This document shows positions 18,689 through 29,537 of a stretch of 64,000 nt of DNA, in pieces. The notes under the pieces were generated by a model that saw nothing but the letters and a program-made list of their open reading frames with translations, had not been told where the DNA came from and ran no database searches. The position numbers were made by a program, and so were the translations under genes. Source of the stretch: Phycisphaerales bacterium (GTDB taxonomy: Bacteria > Planctomycetota > Phycisphaerae > WQYP01). Position 1 is the stretch's first letter, and every line of letters begins with the position of its first letter. The DNA is taken from positions 9,381 through 73,380 of the forward strand of contig DAIDJN010000005.1 of the NCBI GenBank assembly GCA_027451365.1, given 5' to 3'.

Positions 18689-20572
18689 ATGTGCGGCATC
18701 GCGGGATTGATTCAATGGACCGTCGGGGCGGCACAAAATACCGCCGAAGCCGCCGACGCGGTGGATAAACTGCTCAAATACCGCGGTCCGGACGGCGCGG
18801 GTCGATTCACCGCCGCGGCACCGCGGTCCTGCACGCTGGTACACCGGCGGCTGGCGATTCTGGATCCTGTCGGCGGCGGCCAGCCAATGGCCAATGCCGA
18901 CGGCTCAGTACAAGTCGTATTCAACGGCGAGATTTATAATCATCGCCAATTGCGGCAGGAACTTTCCCGTGCGGGGCATCAATTTATAACCGATCACAGT
19001 GATACGGAAGTACTGGTTCACGGCTGGCGGGAATGGGGGACGCGTCTGCCGGAAAAACTGCTGGGCATGTTCGCATTCGCCTTGTGGGACCGGGCGGCGG
19101 ATTCGCTTTTTCTGGCGCGCGACCGCATGGGCCAGAAGCCTCTGTTCTATCATGCCAGACAAGATCAACTCGCGTTCGCCAGTACGTTGCCAGCCCTGCT
19201 GGCGTGGCCGGACATTCCGCGGCGGGTCACAACAGACAAACTGGCCGCCTATCTTTTTCATGGTTACTTGCCACCGCCAGATACTATTTATGAAGATATA
19301 TGGCAACTGACACCAGGAAGCTGGCTGCTGGCCGCACGGTCAGGCATCAGGCAGGAAGTGTTCTGGCGACCACGGTTAAACGCGGATGGGCACGCCGGTT
19401 CGGCGGCTGATATCGTTCATTCATTAGGCCAACTGCTTGGCGACGCTGTGGAATCTGAACTGGAAGCGGATGTTCCGATTGCGTGTTTTCTGTCAGGTGG
19501 AATCGATTCGAGCATTATTGCAGCGCTCATGCAAAAAATCCGGCGGAAAGTCGGAGGCAGGCCTGTTTGTACGATAAATGTGGCGTTTTCCGATGCCGAT
19601 TTTGATGAAAGCAGCCATGCGGCACAGGTGGCGCGTTATATTGGATCCCAGCATCAGTCGTTTACTCTTGAACCGATGAACGGATCAATTGACACGCTGG
19701 ACTGGCTGATGCAGATGACGCTGGGGCAGCCATTTGCGGATTCATCCATTCTGCCTACCTACTATGTCGCAAATTGCGCCCGCAGGCTGGCACCTTGCGC
19801 CATCAGCGGCGACGGAGCCGATGAACTTTTTGGAGGGTATGACCGGTACCGTGCGGTGGATATGCTGGAAAAATGGCCGACCATGACGCGGTGCGGCGCA
19901 GGTATGCTCAAATGCGTCTCCCGCCGACCGAGACTCGAACGTCTGAAGCGCGCCACCGGCAGCCCGGATATTCTGGCGGGCTATGGCTGCCTGATGGAAA
20001 TATTTCCAGCGGAAACGCTGCACTGCTGTTTCCCCGGTCTGTCCGACGGGTCCCCGGCACGGAATTGGCGGATCGCGCAAGATGGCGCGGCTGCGGCTTT
20101 TCGCCGAATGATGGTGCTGGACCAGTCGCACTATCTTCCCGGCGATGTGTTGTGGAAAGTGGACAGTGCGTCGATGGCCTGCGGGCTGGAGGTACGAAGT
20201 CCCTTTCTGGATCATCGAATCGTGGAATTCGCCAACAATCTGCCTGACAAGGACATTTTGAATTTCCGCCGGGGAAAACTGGCGCTGCGACGGGCATTTG
20301 GGGGTTTGCTGCCGACGGAAATCTGGCGGCGCCGCAAGCATGGGTTTGCCGCGCCGGTCGGCAAGTGGCTGGCCGGGCCCCTGTCTGAAGACTGGAAGGC
20401 GATAGTGTGTGGCCCGAATTCCCTTACCGCTAGAATTACCGCTTCGGGTTTTGCCGAGTCGCTGCTGACCGACCAGCGGACGGGCGCACAGGATCATACG
20501 CATCGGATGTTTTCACTATTAATGCTGGAATTGTGGTGGCGGCATTTTCGGCCGACTCTGGTAACCGGCTAG
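18689..20572 (+). CDS. asnB: Asparagine synthase (glutamine-hydrolysing)-type amidotransferase
   Basis: N-terminal MCGIAG Ntn nucleophile; FNGEIYN, LSGGIDSS, SGDGADELFGGY and EVRSPFLD. Confidence 0.92.
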   Translation: MCGIAGLIQWTVGAAQNTAEAADAVDKLLKYRGPDGAGRFTAAAPRSCTLVHRRLAILDPVGGGQPMANADGSVQVVFNGEIYNHRQLRQELSRAGHQFITDHSDTEVLVHGWREWGTRLPEKLLGMFAFALWDRAADSLFLARDRMGQKPLFYHARQDQLAFASTLPALLAWPDIPRRVTTDKLAAYLFHGYLPPPDTIYEDIWQLTPGSWLLAARSGIRQEVFWRPRLNADGHAGSAADIVHSLGQLLGDAVESELEADVPIACFLSGGIDSSIIAALMQKIRRKVGGRPVCTINVAFSDADFDESSHAAQVARYIGSQHQSFTLEPMNGSIDTLDWLMQMTLGQPFADSSILPTYYVANCARRLAPCAISGDGADELFGGYDRYRAVDMLEKWPTMTRCGAGMLKCVSRRPRLERLKRATGSPDILAGYGCLMEIFPAETLHCCFPGLSDGSPARNWRIAQDGAAAAFRRMMVLDQSHYLPGDVLWKVDSASMACGLEVRSPFLDHRIVEFANNLPDKDILNFRRGKLALRRAFGGLLPTEIWRRRKHGFAAPVGKWLAGPLSEDWKAIVCGPNSLTARITASGFAESLLTDQRTGAQDHTHRMFSLLMLELWWRHFRPTLVTG

Positions 20573-20637
20573 TGAACTTTCGCGCTTAACGGAGCCCCAT
20601 TTTAGAACAGGAATTCGCCAACGAATTTCAACGAAGA

Positions 20638-20678
20638 AAGGGCGAAATCCGAGGCTTTAGCCATCGAATTCCGCCCTT
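20638..20678. terminator. Hairpin between convergent asnB and PEP-CTERM genes (likely terminator)
   Basis: Imperfect stem AAGGGCG...CGCCCTT with inner GGCT/AGCC; an upstream purine run gives a U-rich tail on the - strand. Confidence 0.5.
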
Positions 20679-20731
20679 GCGTATCACATTCGCGACACCG
20701 TTTGAGCAACGTGGATTTTCACGAAAATGCG

Positions 20732-21451
20732 TCAGGCCGTGCGACGGCGTCGACCAACAAGTAGCAAAGCCGCGCCGCCAAGGCCAATGACGGCCAGCGA
20801 TGCGGGTTCGGGTGCCGCGGCGGGGTTGGTAAACTGGATATTTCCGATGTCAAATGCCCAAGGACCAGACGTGCCGCCATTCCACGCGGGAAATGCGTTG
20901 AGCAGGAATTGCAGATAGCTCTGCCCGCTTGCCGGTGCGGTAATACCGGCTAAAGGAATTGTCTCAGAGACAAGGGTAGAATCGGGATTTGAAGCGGGAA
21001 TACTAACGGTGACAGAAGGAGAAAGGCCTGGTTCACTGCTTCCGGCAGATCCCTGCCACCCCATCGCACCAATTGTCAGACTGTTCCCCGGATAGAGCGT
21101 GGAGCCAGTGGTATTTGGAAAAAGGATATCAAACGAGATATCCTGGTATGATGCCCAGTTGGAGGCGGTAAACCCGGGAGTTTGAAATTGCAGACCGGCG
21201 TAGTATTGTGAATTTTGCGGAACGCTCACCTGCAGCATGTTCCCATCCGCAGTACCGGAACTCACTATGGACAGTGTCTGGCCATTCCACGCGCCAACTT
21301 CCGTTGGTGCAGTTCCGACCGTATCCTGGCTGAAATTATCAATAACAACATTGGCTTGGGCGGCATCGACATAAAGCAGGCCGAACCCGGCGACGGCAGC
21401 GACCACCGCCACAGACACCATTTTTGACCATCGGAATGCAGAACACTTCAT
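20732..21451 (-). CDS. PEP-CTERM sorting domain protein, possible carbohydrate-binding beta-sandwich
   Basis: Signal peptide ending AQA; C-terminal APEPASLAVIGLGGAALLLVGRRRR; AAGGAG RBS before the ATG at 21451. Confidence 0.88.
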   Translation of the reverse strand: MKCSAFRWSKMVSVAVVAAVAGFGLLYVDAAQANVVIDNFSQDTVGTAPTEVGAWNGQTLSIVSSGTADGNMLQVSVPQNSQYYAGLQFQTPGFTASNWASYQDISFDILFPNTTGSTLYPGNSLTIGAMGWQGSAGSSEPGLSPSVTVSIPASNPDSTLVSETIPLAGITAPASGQSYLQFLLNAFPAWNGGTSGPWAFDIGNIQFTNPAAAPEPASLAVIGLGGAALLLVGRRRRTA

Positions 21452-21712
21452 ATAACTCTCCTTGAACAGAACAACTTCCGACGCCCTCCAACCTCGGACA
21501 ACCAGAACATTTCTGGATGATTCCGTTTGGACCGGCGAACGCGAGCAGATTAACAAAGCCGACAAATTGTCAAATCGATCGATGCGGCCGAACAATTGCA
21601 ACGACGTTACTATAAAATGGGAACAACGGGTCCGCCACTACGTACAGCGCAAAAACATTTGCTTATAGCGTAAGGTTATCGCGAGACATCGCAGCCGATG
21701 GGATTGATCCAA

Positions 21713-23968
21713 TTAAACCAGGTCGCCATAAATAATGCCGCGTCCACTGGTGCCGATATAGACCCGCCCAAAAACCCGCGGGTCGCCGGCAATGGCATTG
21801 ATATAAAAAAACTGCTGTCGGTCGTCGTTTATCCGTCGCCAGTCTTTACCCTGATTGTCCGACCGATAGAAGCCGTATTGGCCCGCGACAATCCCGACGA
21901 TAAAAACGGCCGGATAGCGGCCATCGGGCGCGGCCATGCCAAAGCCGATGTTGTAGGCCTGATTGACACCGGCAATGCGGCGGAATTTCGCGCCTGCATT
22001 GGCGGAAAAATACAGCCCGCTATTGCCAGCAAGCCACAAATGGCCGGGAAGGCCCGGCGGATTCTTCAATTCCAGTAAGTCGCGGGGAACGGCACCCACC
22101 CGCGAAAAGCGTTCGCCGCCATCATGGCTGATCCACAACCGCGACTGGCCACGGTTGACGCCGTAGAACCGGCCGGCTACGGACCGGTCGCTGCTGATCT
22201 CCGTCCCTGCGGGCAGATTTTCACAACGGTTCCACGTTTGACCGCCATTACGGGAAACGTGCGGTAACGCCCGATCTGGCGTACAGACGACAGACCTGGC
22301 CATGGCACAAACCGCAATATGGCCGCCGCCGTCACCGGGGGCGCCGGAAGCAAACATTTTCCAGGTTCGACCGCCATCTACCGAGATGGCTCCATGCGAA
22401 TTCTGGCCGCCGAAAACGCGCACGACATAACCGGGCTTTAACTGGGCGAAATCTATATCTGTATTGGACCCAAAGCTGGGATTAAACATTCCCTGTGTCG
22501 GCGACTGGCGCAGATCGTCATGGCGAAATCCGTCGATATCATAAACCGTGCTCAGGAGATGTGGCCCCTGAGGCGGACTGAGAAGCTTGTTGACAACGGT
22601 TTCCTCCAAACCGCGGCAGTCAAAGCTCCAATCGGCAACGCCGCCGCGGTCCGCAGCCCGCAGATTATGGGTGGTAAACAATCCGCAGCCGGTGGTATAC
22701 ATCGCCGTTCCAGGCTCATGCGGGTCAATCTGGAGACTGCCGATCCAGTTGGTGGCCCCGACGGTATTTCTGTGCCATTTAATCCAAGGGGCACCGCCAT
22801 CGGTCCAGAGGCCGTCATGGCCGGGGCTGATGGAGGTCCAGTTTGCGCCGCCATCGGTACTGCGAAACAGGGAATCGCCCCGCGCCCATCGGCAGAAAGA
22901 ACTGGTCATGATGGTGCGCGGATGATGTGCGTCCAGGGTCATGGTTCCATAGCCGAAGGAATCATGGCCGGATGGCCGGACCGGGGTAATATTTTTCCAG
23001 GTTCCCTGGCGTGTGTCCAAACACCAGACTGCGCCATCGGTCATGGAATTGGGACCCGGTTCAAGACCATAGCTTATATACATATTGCCATCTTTTGCAA
23101 GGACCGCATGGTTGGGCCTCAGACCCGTCGGCTGCCCGTCCACCGGGGCCCAGGTGCGTCCGGCATTGTGACTGACAAAAAGACTTTCCTGATGAGTGGA
23201 AACGGCTACATACACCCTTGGCGTGGGTGTGCCTGGCGCGCCGCCCTGGGCGTCAAACACCACGCATACCAGGCCAATGCCCGTGCCGTCACCGGCGGTG
23301 GGAAAGGATTTTATCCGCCGCCATGCGCGGCCGTGGTTGTCCGTAAGCCAGAGGCCGTCCGACCGCGAACCGAAAAGCAGGCGAGCCGGAAAATTCGGGT
23401 CCACCATTAAGCGTTCGCCATTAAAACGTCCCGGTTCATTGCCGCCAAGCTTTATGGGCAATGGCGAGCGCCGCCAGGTTGTACCCATATCTTCGGAGCA
23501 CAGGATAGCTCCGTTGGGAGCCCACCACTGGGTATACATTCCCGCGGCCAAATAAACGCGTCGCGCGTCCGTGGGGTCCACAGCAAGGCTGTCGATGCCG
23601 GAAAGATTGGAATCCTTGCGACCGATCCAGTCGGTGATCGGCGTCCACGCGGCATCATAAGAGTTCCGCCGATAGGCCCCGCCTACATCGGTGCGCGCAT
23701 AAACCAGTCCGGGCCGACGAGGATGCGGAATAATTCCAGTTACAAATCCACCTCCACGAATCGCAACATTGCGCCACTGGTAGTTCCGGGCTTCGCCACC
23801 GGTGGATGCCGCGGGCGTTTCGGTGGCGGCGCAGCCGGAACAGACGGCGGCGGTTGCAGCGAGGGCCAGAAATCCGCGGCGCGATGTTCCTTTGCGACTA
23901 CGGGAGCGGACTAGTTTTGTCGCAACATCCGCTTCCGGCGGCCGACTGGTTTGGGATTTGGTATCCAT
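21713..23968 (-). CDS. GH74 xyloglucanase-like glycoside hydrolase, Tat-exported (lipo)protein
   Basis: Twin-arginine SRRGFL followed by CSGC; WRNVAIRGGGFVTG; catalytic YARTDVGG and VYDIDGF; BNR/Asp-box repeats; C-terminal GRVYIGTSGRGI. Confidence 0.93.
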   Translation of the reverse strand: MDTKSQTSRPPEADVATKLVRSRSRKGTSRRGFLALAATAAVCSGCAATETPAASTGGEARNYQWRNVAIRGGGFVTGIIPHPRRPGLVYARTDVGGAYRRNSYDAAWTPITDWIGRKDSNLSGIDSLAVDPTDARRVYLAAGMYTQWWAPNGAILCSEDMGTTWRRSPLPIKLGGNEPGRFNGERLMVDPNFPARLLFGSRSDGLWLTDNHGRAWRRIKSFPTAGDGTGIGLVCVVFDAQGGAPGTPTPRVYVAVSTHQESLFVSHNAGRTWAPVDGQPTGLRPNHAVLAKDGNMYISYGLEPGPNSMTDGAVWCLDTRQGTWKNITPVRPSGHDSFGYGTMTLDAHHPRTIMTSSFCRWARGDSLFRSTDGGANWTSISPGHDGLWTDGGAPWIKWHRNTVGATNWIGSLQIDPHEPGTAMYTTGCGLFTTHNLRAADRGGVADWSFDCRGLEETVVNKLLSPPQGPHLLSTVYDIDGFRHDDLRQSPTQGMFNPSFGSNTDIDFAQLKPGYVVRVFGGQNSHGAISVDGGRTWKMFASGAPGDGGGHIAVCAMARSVVCTPDRALPHVSRNGGQTWNRCENLPAGTEISSDRSVAGRFYGVNRGQSRLWISHDGGERFSRVGAVPRDLLELKNPPGLPGHLWLAGNSGLYFSANAGAKFRRIAGVNQAYNIGFGMAAPDGRYPAVFIVGIVAGQYGFYRSDNQGKDWRRINDDRQQFFYINAIAGDPRVFGRVYIGTSGRGIIYGDLV

Positions 23969-24451
23969 GGCCCGAGCTTCTCCAAAAATATTCAGGTGGC
24001 GGCGTGGGCCAGGACAGAATCCCGTATCCCAAACTCCGACTATATTTAACGCGATAACCGCTTAAGCCAGCCACCATGATAATCGCAAATGTTTTTCGTA
24101 TCAGCGCAGAGGTTCGCGCACGCCATGACGAGACAACCAGTGGCGGCAAGGGAATCGCCGGTTGGGAAATACAGCGGTGGACAGACTTTTATGGTTTGAT
24201 TCAGCTTCCGCAATCCGGTTTGAGATAAAAGATGGCCCCCCTTTTAAAAGCCTTCGCTTTATTATGGTCCATTGCGGTTTAAATCGATAGCTGCATTGCA
24301 TCTCACAATGGCGGGGATTTGCAGTTCAGGAGGCAAGACGGATTCGCAAAGATTTATGTCACGCGGGAGACGCATAGATTGGAACTTGTAATCGGTCCCC
24401 ACAGGCCGGGGCCAAAAGCGCTGGTTGCGAAAAATCAGCCGCCTTTTTTAC

Positions 24452-25897
24452 TCATTCTGGCCTTGGGGTGGAAGGTGGGTCCATTTTCGGTTCGGCGAGT
24501 TCGGAATCCGTACGGCTGCTCTGTTCCAGAACACCGCCAGCCCGATGGCCGGATGATTTTTCTCTTTCCAGCCAGTGGCGAATTTGCGCATCGAGATCAT
24601 TAACGTCGGTCAATTTTTGTCGCGGTATATATAACCCCGGATCCCGCGTCCGGAACAAATGGTAACAGACCAGGGAAACAATATCTTCCGGATTCGGAAC
24701 GGGTGAAAATTCCGCGGCCGTGTTCTCGGCAACGGCTTGGGCTTTCGGTTTGGGCTGAACAACGGCATTCATGGCGTCGATGGCGGTCTGCTGGCCGCAA
24801 GCGTTGGCGGAAAAGCAGTCGGCTGCGGCCCGCAGCCACTGATGACAGATGAAAGCACCATCGGCCAGGTATTCAGCTGCGCGAACCTGTGCCAACCGCC
24901 AGATGCCGCGACCAGTCATGACAAACGGTTCTATCCAACGGCTTGTTTTTCCCGGCTGCAACATCAGATACCCCCATTGGGCGATGGGCGCAAGATGGTT
25001 CAACCCGGCAAGGGAAAGGTCATCGAGTTTTTTTAGTTTATCGCGAAATTTGCCCGCCTGACGATATTCCAATTGCGCTGCGGCGCTGCGCATCTGGCCT
25101 TCCAAAGTTCGCCGCGCGGTGGAGTGTGGTTCCTGATGCGGGTCCGCATTCCATTGCACAAGGAAATTGATTGCCGCATGCACGGAAGCCAAGTATTGGG
25201 GCATGGGCACGGTACCATCGCATGGCGCGGGGCACTGGCCCATGTCTTTGTAGGCACAGGCACGGCCCCGCGGGGATTGGCGCAGAATATCTTCGTATCT
25301 GCACAGGTCAAAAATATCGGATAGTTCATGGACAAGCCTTTGCGCGTTAGCGCGTCCGCCGATCGGACCAAACGTGACCGCCGGCTCCGGAGGAATTTTT
25401 GTGCCGATATGAAAAAATGGGGCTTCGGCCTGTGGATGAATGCTGATATACCACGCCGGTTTCCAGCCAAGCATTTTATTAAATGATTGAGGAAACAGCG
25501 ACCGCGCCGCCAGGCTGTAGACCCAGTTGCCCCAGAATCCACTACCCACACAGCAATAGCTGATGGAATGGGTAAGTGCGGCATAATCCACATGCGGCCC
25601 ACCAGTCGAAGCGGCGGGAGCATCGTCACCGGGTGGCGGACCGTCCAAAATCGGGGCCGGGGCCGTCGGCGTTGGATGCATCAATTTGGCCGCCGGGCGC
25701 AGCCTGCGCAAAACAGCCGCCCGCAGATCTGCGGTGGCCGCCAGAAGAACCGTCGCCGAATCGATCGAGGAAAACACGTAAACGCCGGGCTTCGCGGGAA
25801 TGGACATGCCGTCGTTTAACTGCGAATACAGAAGGTTCCGGAACCCGCTGTTTTGCAGAGCTGCGGGACAGGAATCCGATGAAGGCATGTGCGTCAT
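24452..25897 (-). CDS. UvrC-related protein (degenerate GIY-YIG, Cys cluster, UVR motif)
   Basis: IPAKPGVYVF, LCRY...ACAYKDMGQCPAPC and MRSAAAQLEYRQAGKFRD. No recognisable C-terminal RNase H or HhH domains. Confidence 0.75.
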   Translation of the reverse strand: MTHMPSSDSCPAALQNSGFRNLLYSQLNDGMSIPAKPGVYVFSSIDSATVLLAATADLRAAVLRRLRPAAKLMHPTPTAPAPILDGPPPGDDAPAASTGGPHVDYAALTHSISYCCVGSGFWGNWVYSLAARSLFPQSFNKMLGWKPAWYISIHPQAEAPFFHIGTKIPPEPAVTFGPIGGRANAQRLVHELSDIFDLCRYEDILRQSPRGRACAYKDMGQCPAPCDGTVPMPQYLASVHAAINFLVQWNADPHQEPHSTARRTLEGQMRSAAAQLEYRQAGKFRDKLKKLDDLSLAGLNHLAPIAQWGYLMLQPGKTSRWIEPFVMTGRGIWRLAQVRAAEYLADGAFICHQWLRAAADCFSANACGQQTAIDAMNAVVQPKPKAQAVAENTAAEFSPVPNPEDIVSLVCYHLFRTRDPGLYIPRQKLTDVNDLDAQIRHWLEREKSSGHRAGGVLEQSSRTDSELAEPKMDPPSTPRPE

Positions 25898-25942
25898 GGG
25901 TGATTCCCCATCCTGTCACCTGTCCGCATGATGGCGACAGAT

Positions 25943-26416
25943 TCACACCGGCATACCGGTAATTTCGGACTCAAAAACCAGTGTGTTATTGCATATCCCC
26001 TGGCATTGGGCGATGACGCGTCGCCGCGACATGGTTACCATTTTGGCAATCAGGTAGAGCGTAGCGGGCGGAACGATAGAACCGCGAAACCGGGTATTGT
26101 CCGCCTTGACGAAACCGAGAAATCCCATATCCGGAAACAGAACGTGGGTCATATAGGAACAGAGTTGGGCTGCCGCCTCGAGAATAATCACGCCCGGCAT
26201 AAGCGGACGCCCGGGAATATGTCCGCGAACCCAGAACTCGTCCACGGCAACGTATTTCACTCCCACCACGGTCGCGTTGGGCAGATCGACATGGATAATG
26301 CCAGATAACTGCTCCATTTCAAACCGGTGGGGATTAATTTTGCGAATGTCTTCTATTGGTGTGACAATGCGATTCAGGTCAAGCGCGGCGAGGTCATAAA
26401 GGAAAGCTGCGGCCAT
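25943..26416 (-). CDS. fabZ: 3-hydroxyacyl-ACP dehydratase FabZ family
   Basis: NPHRFEM and EFWVRGHIPGRPLMPGVIILEAAAQ hot-dog fold motifs. Confidence 0.88.
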   Translation of the reverse strand: MAAAFLYDLAALDLNRIVTPIEDIRKINPHRFEMEQLSGIIHVDLPNATVVGVKYVAVDEFWVRGHIPGRPLMPGVIILEAAAQLCSYMTHVLFPDMGFLGFVKADNTRFRGSIVPPATLYLIAKMVTMSRRRVIAQCQGICNNTLVFESEITGMPV

Positions 26417-26848
26417 CGGGAAGTCCTGTCCGGGTTTAAAATTAAAACGGCATATCCATGCGACAGGCAGCCTGCCACAAAAGCATCAGGCGACGCGCCG
26501 CAAAACTGCAGGCGTCAGGCCCAAAATGGAACCCAAACCCATCAATGGGGAAATTCTGACGCGCCTGAAAAGTTATAAGGCAGGCCAAGCCGAGCGGCAA
26601 GCGTCATAATGGAATTTTCCGACGCAAAAGTGCAACGCCTTTTTTAAGAGCATCGTCGCAGGCAACCGCGCCAGGCCCGATTGCCATGGGATGGCCTTAA
26701 TGGAGCCTGCGCTGTCATGCGCACACTCCGTCGGACGCAGCAAATCAAACAGAACAATCGCGTTACGGACAAGATGGTCCGATGCGGATCAAACAACATG
26801 CCGGCGGGCCGCGCCGCGACCGGCGCGAAAACCGCCGGGGACATACAT

Positions 26849-27025
26849 TCAGGGATTCTGATTGCGCAGGTCCAGAATTTTTACGCGGATATTCTGGGCC
26901 ATTTTGCGAATGTCCTGCATGGCTTTGCGCACCCGCGTGCCGGCCTGCTTGTTTCCGCCACTGGCCTTGGCGACATCTTCGGCAACTTGGTCGACAATCT
27001 GTTTGAGTTGCTGATATTCTTCCAT
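26849..27025 (-). CDS. Histone H1-like protein Hc1 family (58 aa, below the ORF-track cutoff)
   Basis: Manual translation MEEYQQLKQIVDQVAEDVAKASGGNKQAGTRVRKAMQDIRKMAQNIRVKILDLRNQNP; strong TAAGGAG RBS; GNKxAGTRxRK signature. Confidence 0.88.
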   Translation of the reverse strand: MEEYQQLKQIVDQVAEDVAKASGGNKQAGTRVRKAMQDIRKMAQNIRVKILDLRNQNP

Positions 27026-27273
27026 GATTAACGCTCCTTAGGAAAATGTAGCACAATCGGCTGGTGCGAAGAATGGACTATCCATGGAAACGCACCAACC
27101 TACCGCCTGAACCCATTATCGGCCCCCGAAGCCTTGGAATTTAAATAAAAATACCAATTTTTCTGGTTTGCGATTATTTGCAAGATGGCCAATCCTGAAC
27201 CGGCCTTAGATAGCGACCTCCGCCTTGCGCCATGGGAGACGACGCATTCGACCACAAGCTTGCTCGGCGAACC

Positions 27274-28260
27274 TTAATGGATGCCCTTTTCGGCGAGCCA
27301 ACGCTCGGCATCTATGGCGGCCTTACACCCCATACCGGCGGCTGTTATTGCCTGGCGATAAACCGAATCCGCGCAATCTCCGGCGGCAAAAACCCCCTCC
27401 ACACTGGTCAGAGATCGGAACGGGTCTTTAAGGACAACATATTTTTTCTCATTCAATTCCAGTTGGCCCGCCAGAAAGGCAGTGTTGGGTGTATGGCCAA
27501 TGGCGGCGAACATTCCGCTGCAATCAAGAATGGTGGTCTGGCCGCTCTGGAGATTTTTCACCCGCACGCCGGTAACGCCCTTTTCGTCGGTTCCCAGAAC
27601 TTCTTCAACGGCTGAATTCCAGACCGGCTTGATTTTGGGATTGCCCAGTGCCCGCTGGGCCATAATTTTGCTGGCGCGAAATGCGTCCCGTCGATGCACC
27701 ATGTAGACAAGCGTGGAGAACTTCGTCAGGTAAGTGGCTTCCTCAACAGCGGAATCGCCCCCCCCTACCACCACCACGGGCTTATCACGAAATCTCGGCA
27801 AGGCACCATCGCATACTGCGCAGGCGGAAACGCCATTGTTTTCAAACTTGCGTTCACTTTCCAAGCCCAGGTAATTGGCGGCGGCACCGGTGGAAATAAT
27901 CACGCTGTGGGAACGCAACAGTTCCTCACCATCGCCGTTTAGTTCATCGGAATGCCAGATTTTAAATGGCCGGGCGCTTAAATCGATTTTGGACACAAAT
28001 GAGCTTTTTACCAGGGTGCCGAAGCGTTCTGCCTGCTGGCGCATGACACCCATCATTTTCTGGCCATCTATGCCATGTTCGAAGCCGGGATAGTTTTCAA
28101 CTTCCGTGGTGAACATAAGCTGGCCGCCCGGCATGCGTTCCCGGCTCAAACCATCGCCCGCAAGGACAATGGGGCTAAGATTGGCGCGGGCCGCATAAAT
28201 GGCTGCGGTCCAGCCGGCTGGTCCGGAGCCGATGATGGCAACTTTTTGAATGTCTGACAA
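27274..28260 (-). CDS. trxB: Thioredoxin reductase
   Basis: [16 protein letters not shown] redox motif, [10 protein letters not shown] and [11 protein letters not shown]. Likely TTG start at 28260 (GGAG RBS); the ORF track start is 28293. Confidence 0.97.
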   Translation of the reverse strand: MSDIQKVAIIGSGPAGWTAAIYAARANLSPIVLAGDGLSRERMPGGQLMFTTEVENYPGFEHGIDGQKMMGVMRQQAERFGTLVKSSFVSKIDLSARPFKIWHSDELNGDGEELLRSHSVIISTGAAANYLGLESERKFENNGVSACAVCDGALPRFRDKPVVVVGGGDSAVEEATYLTKFSTLVYMVHRRDAFRASKIMAQRALGNPKIKPVWNSAVEEVLGTDEKGVTGVRVKNLQSGQTTILDCSGMFAAIGHTPNTAFLAGQLELNEKKYVVLKDPFRSLTSVEGVFAAGDCADSVYRQAITAAGMGCKAAIDAERWLAEKGIH

Positions 28261-28292
28261 GGCAATATCTCCAAAATTCTTATCGCGAGGCA

Positions 28293-29171
28293 TTATATGC
28301 GTGGATTCTCTTCCGGCCAGTCGGCGGTCGCCCCATGGGCGAAAAAGCGTCCGTTGTGGCGGCGGATATCAATGGGCCATGCAAACGCAGCGGAAAGTTG
28401 TGTGGGGGTAAATACATCTTCCGGATGGCCACTGGCAATTGTGTTACCTCCCGCATTCAGCAGCAAGGCACTCGCGGTGTCCGGCAGAATTTCTTCCAAA
28501 AAATGACTGACCATGACAATGGCGGGCGGGTTCTGTCGCGTGCGTAAATCCGCCAGCAGGCGCAACAGATTTTCCCGCGTAGGCAGGTCCAGTCCGTTGG
28601 TGGGTTCATCCAGAAGAAGCAGCGCTGGCCGGTGCACCAAGGCCCGCGCCAGCAGACAACGCATCCGTTCACCTGTGGAAAGTGTCATAAACCGCTGATT
28701 CCGTCGCGGAAAAACATGAAATTGGGCCAGCAGTTCATCGCAACGATCCCAATGTTCCGGCTGCGGATGGTCGTAGGCAAGCGTAAGGGTTCCGAAAAAG
28801 CCGGTGCAAACGGCCTGCCTCGCCGTCAGGTCGTCGTCCATCGGATAAAGGCTTAAAGCCTCTACAATGGCCAGATTCCGCCGCAAAGCCAAAACCGAAA
28901 ATTCCCCCAGCGTATGCCCTAGAACCCGCACCGTACCACTGGTGGGCCAGACGTAGCCGGCAAGCATGCGCATAAGCGTTGATTTACCTGAACCATTCGG
29001 CCCGACAATGGCCCCGCTGGCACCGGCCGCCAGACGCCAGGTTATATTCTGGAGAATCGCACGGTCCGCACGATTCAGACAAACATTTTCCAGTTCAAAC
29101 GAAAAGGCCGGCGCGGCAATGGGCGGCGTTTCGGCTGCCCTCGCGGCAATTTCTGATTTTGGCAAGCCCAT
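28293..29171 (-). CDS. ABC transporter ATP-binding protein (ModF/YlmA-like)
   Basis: Walker A GPNGSGKS, signature LSTGE and Walker [12 protein letters not shown]. Confidence 0.92.
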   Translation of the reverse strand: MGLPKSEIAARAAETPPIAAPAFSFELENVCLNRADRAILQNITWRLAAGASGAIVGPNGSGKSTLMRMLAGYVWPTSGTVRVLGHTLGEFSVLALRRNLAIVEALSLYPMDDDLTARQAVCTGFFGTLTLAYDHPQPEHWDRCDELLAQFHVFPRRNQRFMTLSTGERMRCLLARALVHRPALLLLDEPTNGLDLPTRENLLRLLADLRTRQNPPAIVMVSHFLEEILPDTASALLLNAGGNTIASGHPEDVFTPTQLSAAFAWPIDIRRHNGRFFAHGATADWPEENPRI

Positions 29172-29537
29172 GCTTTATCCCGATGCAAGTGCCCGAAGTT
29201 CATGCCAGTCGGCGGAAAGGCAATGTTAATCTGAACGGATTATTCGGGCAATCTGATAGGGGTTGGGCGAAAAGGCAGGGATGCGGCCGATCGCTTCCGT
29301 CGGCCCGGCGATCCTGCGTGGTGCGGCCATTGACAATTTGCCAGCAACGGCGAAATTAATTCGAGGGCGAAAAATTAGATGGACCGCGGGGTTGGCGTCT
29401 TTGACGGTTGTATCCTGCCGGCGTGACGGCTTGCGCCAAACACCCGTTTGACGAGGCAAAATGCCGGTTCGGCTTGTGCGGCACTTCGATCGACGGGCGT
29501 TTATAATACAGTGTCTTTCGATTTAAGAGGTTCAAAA

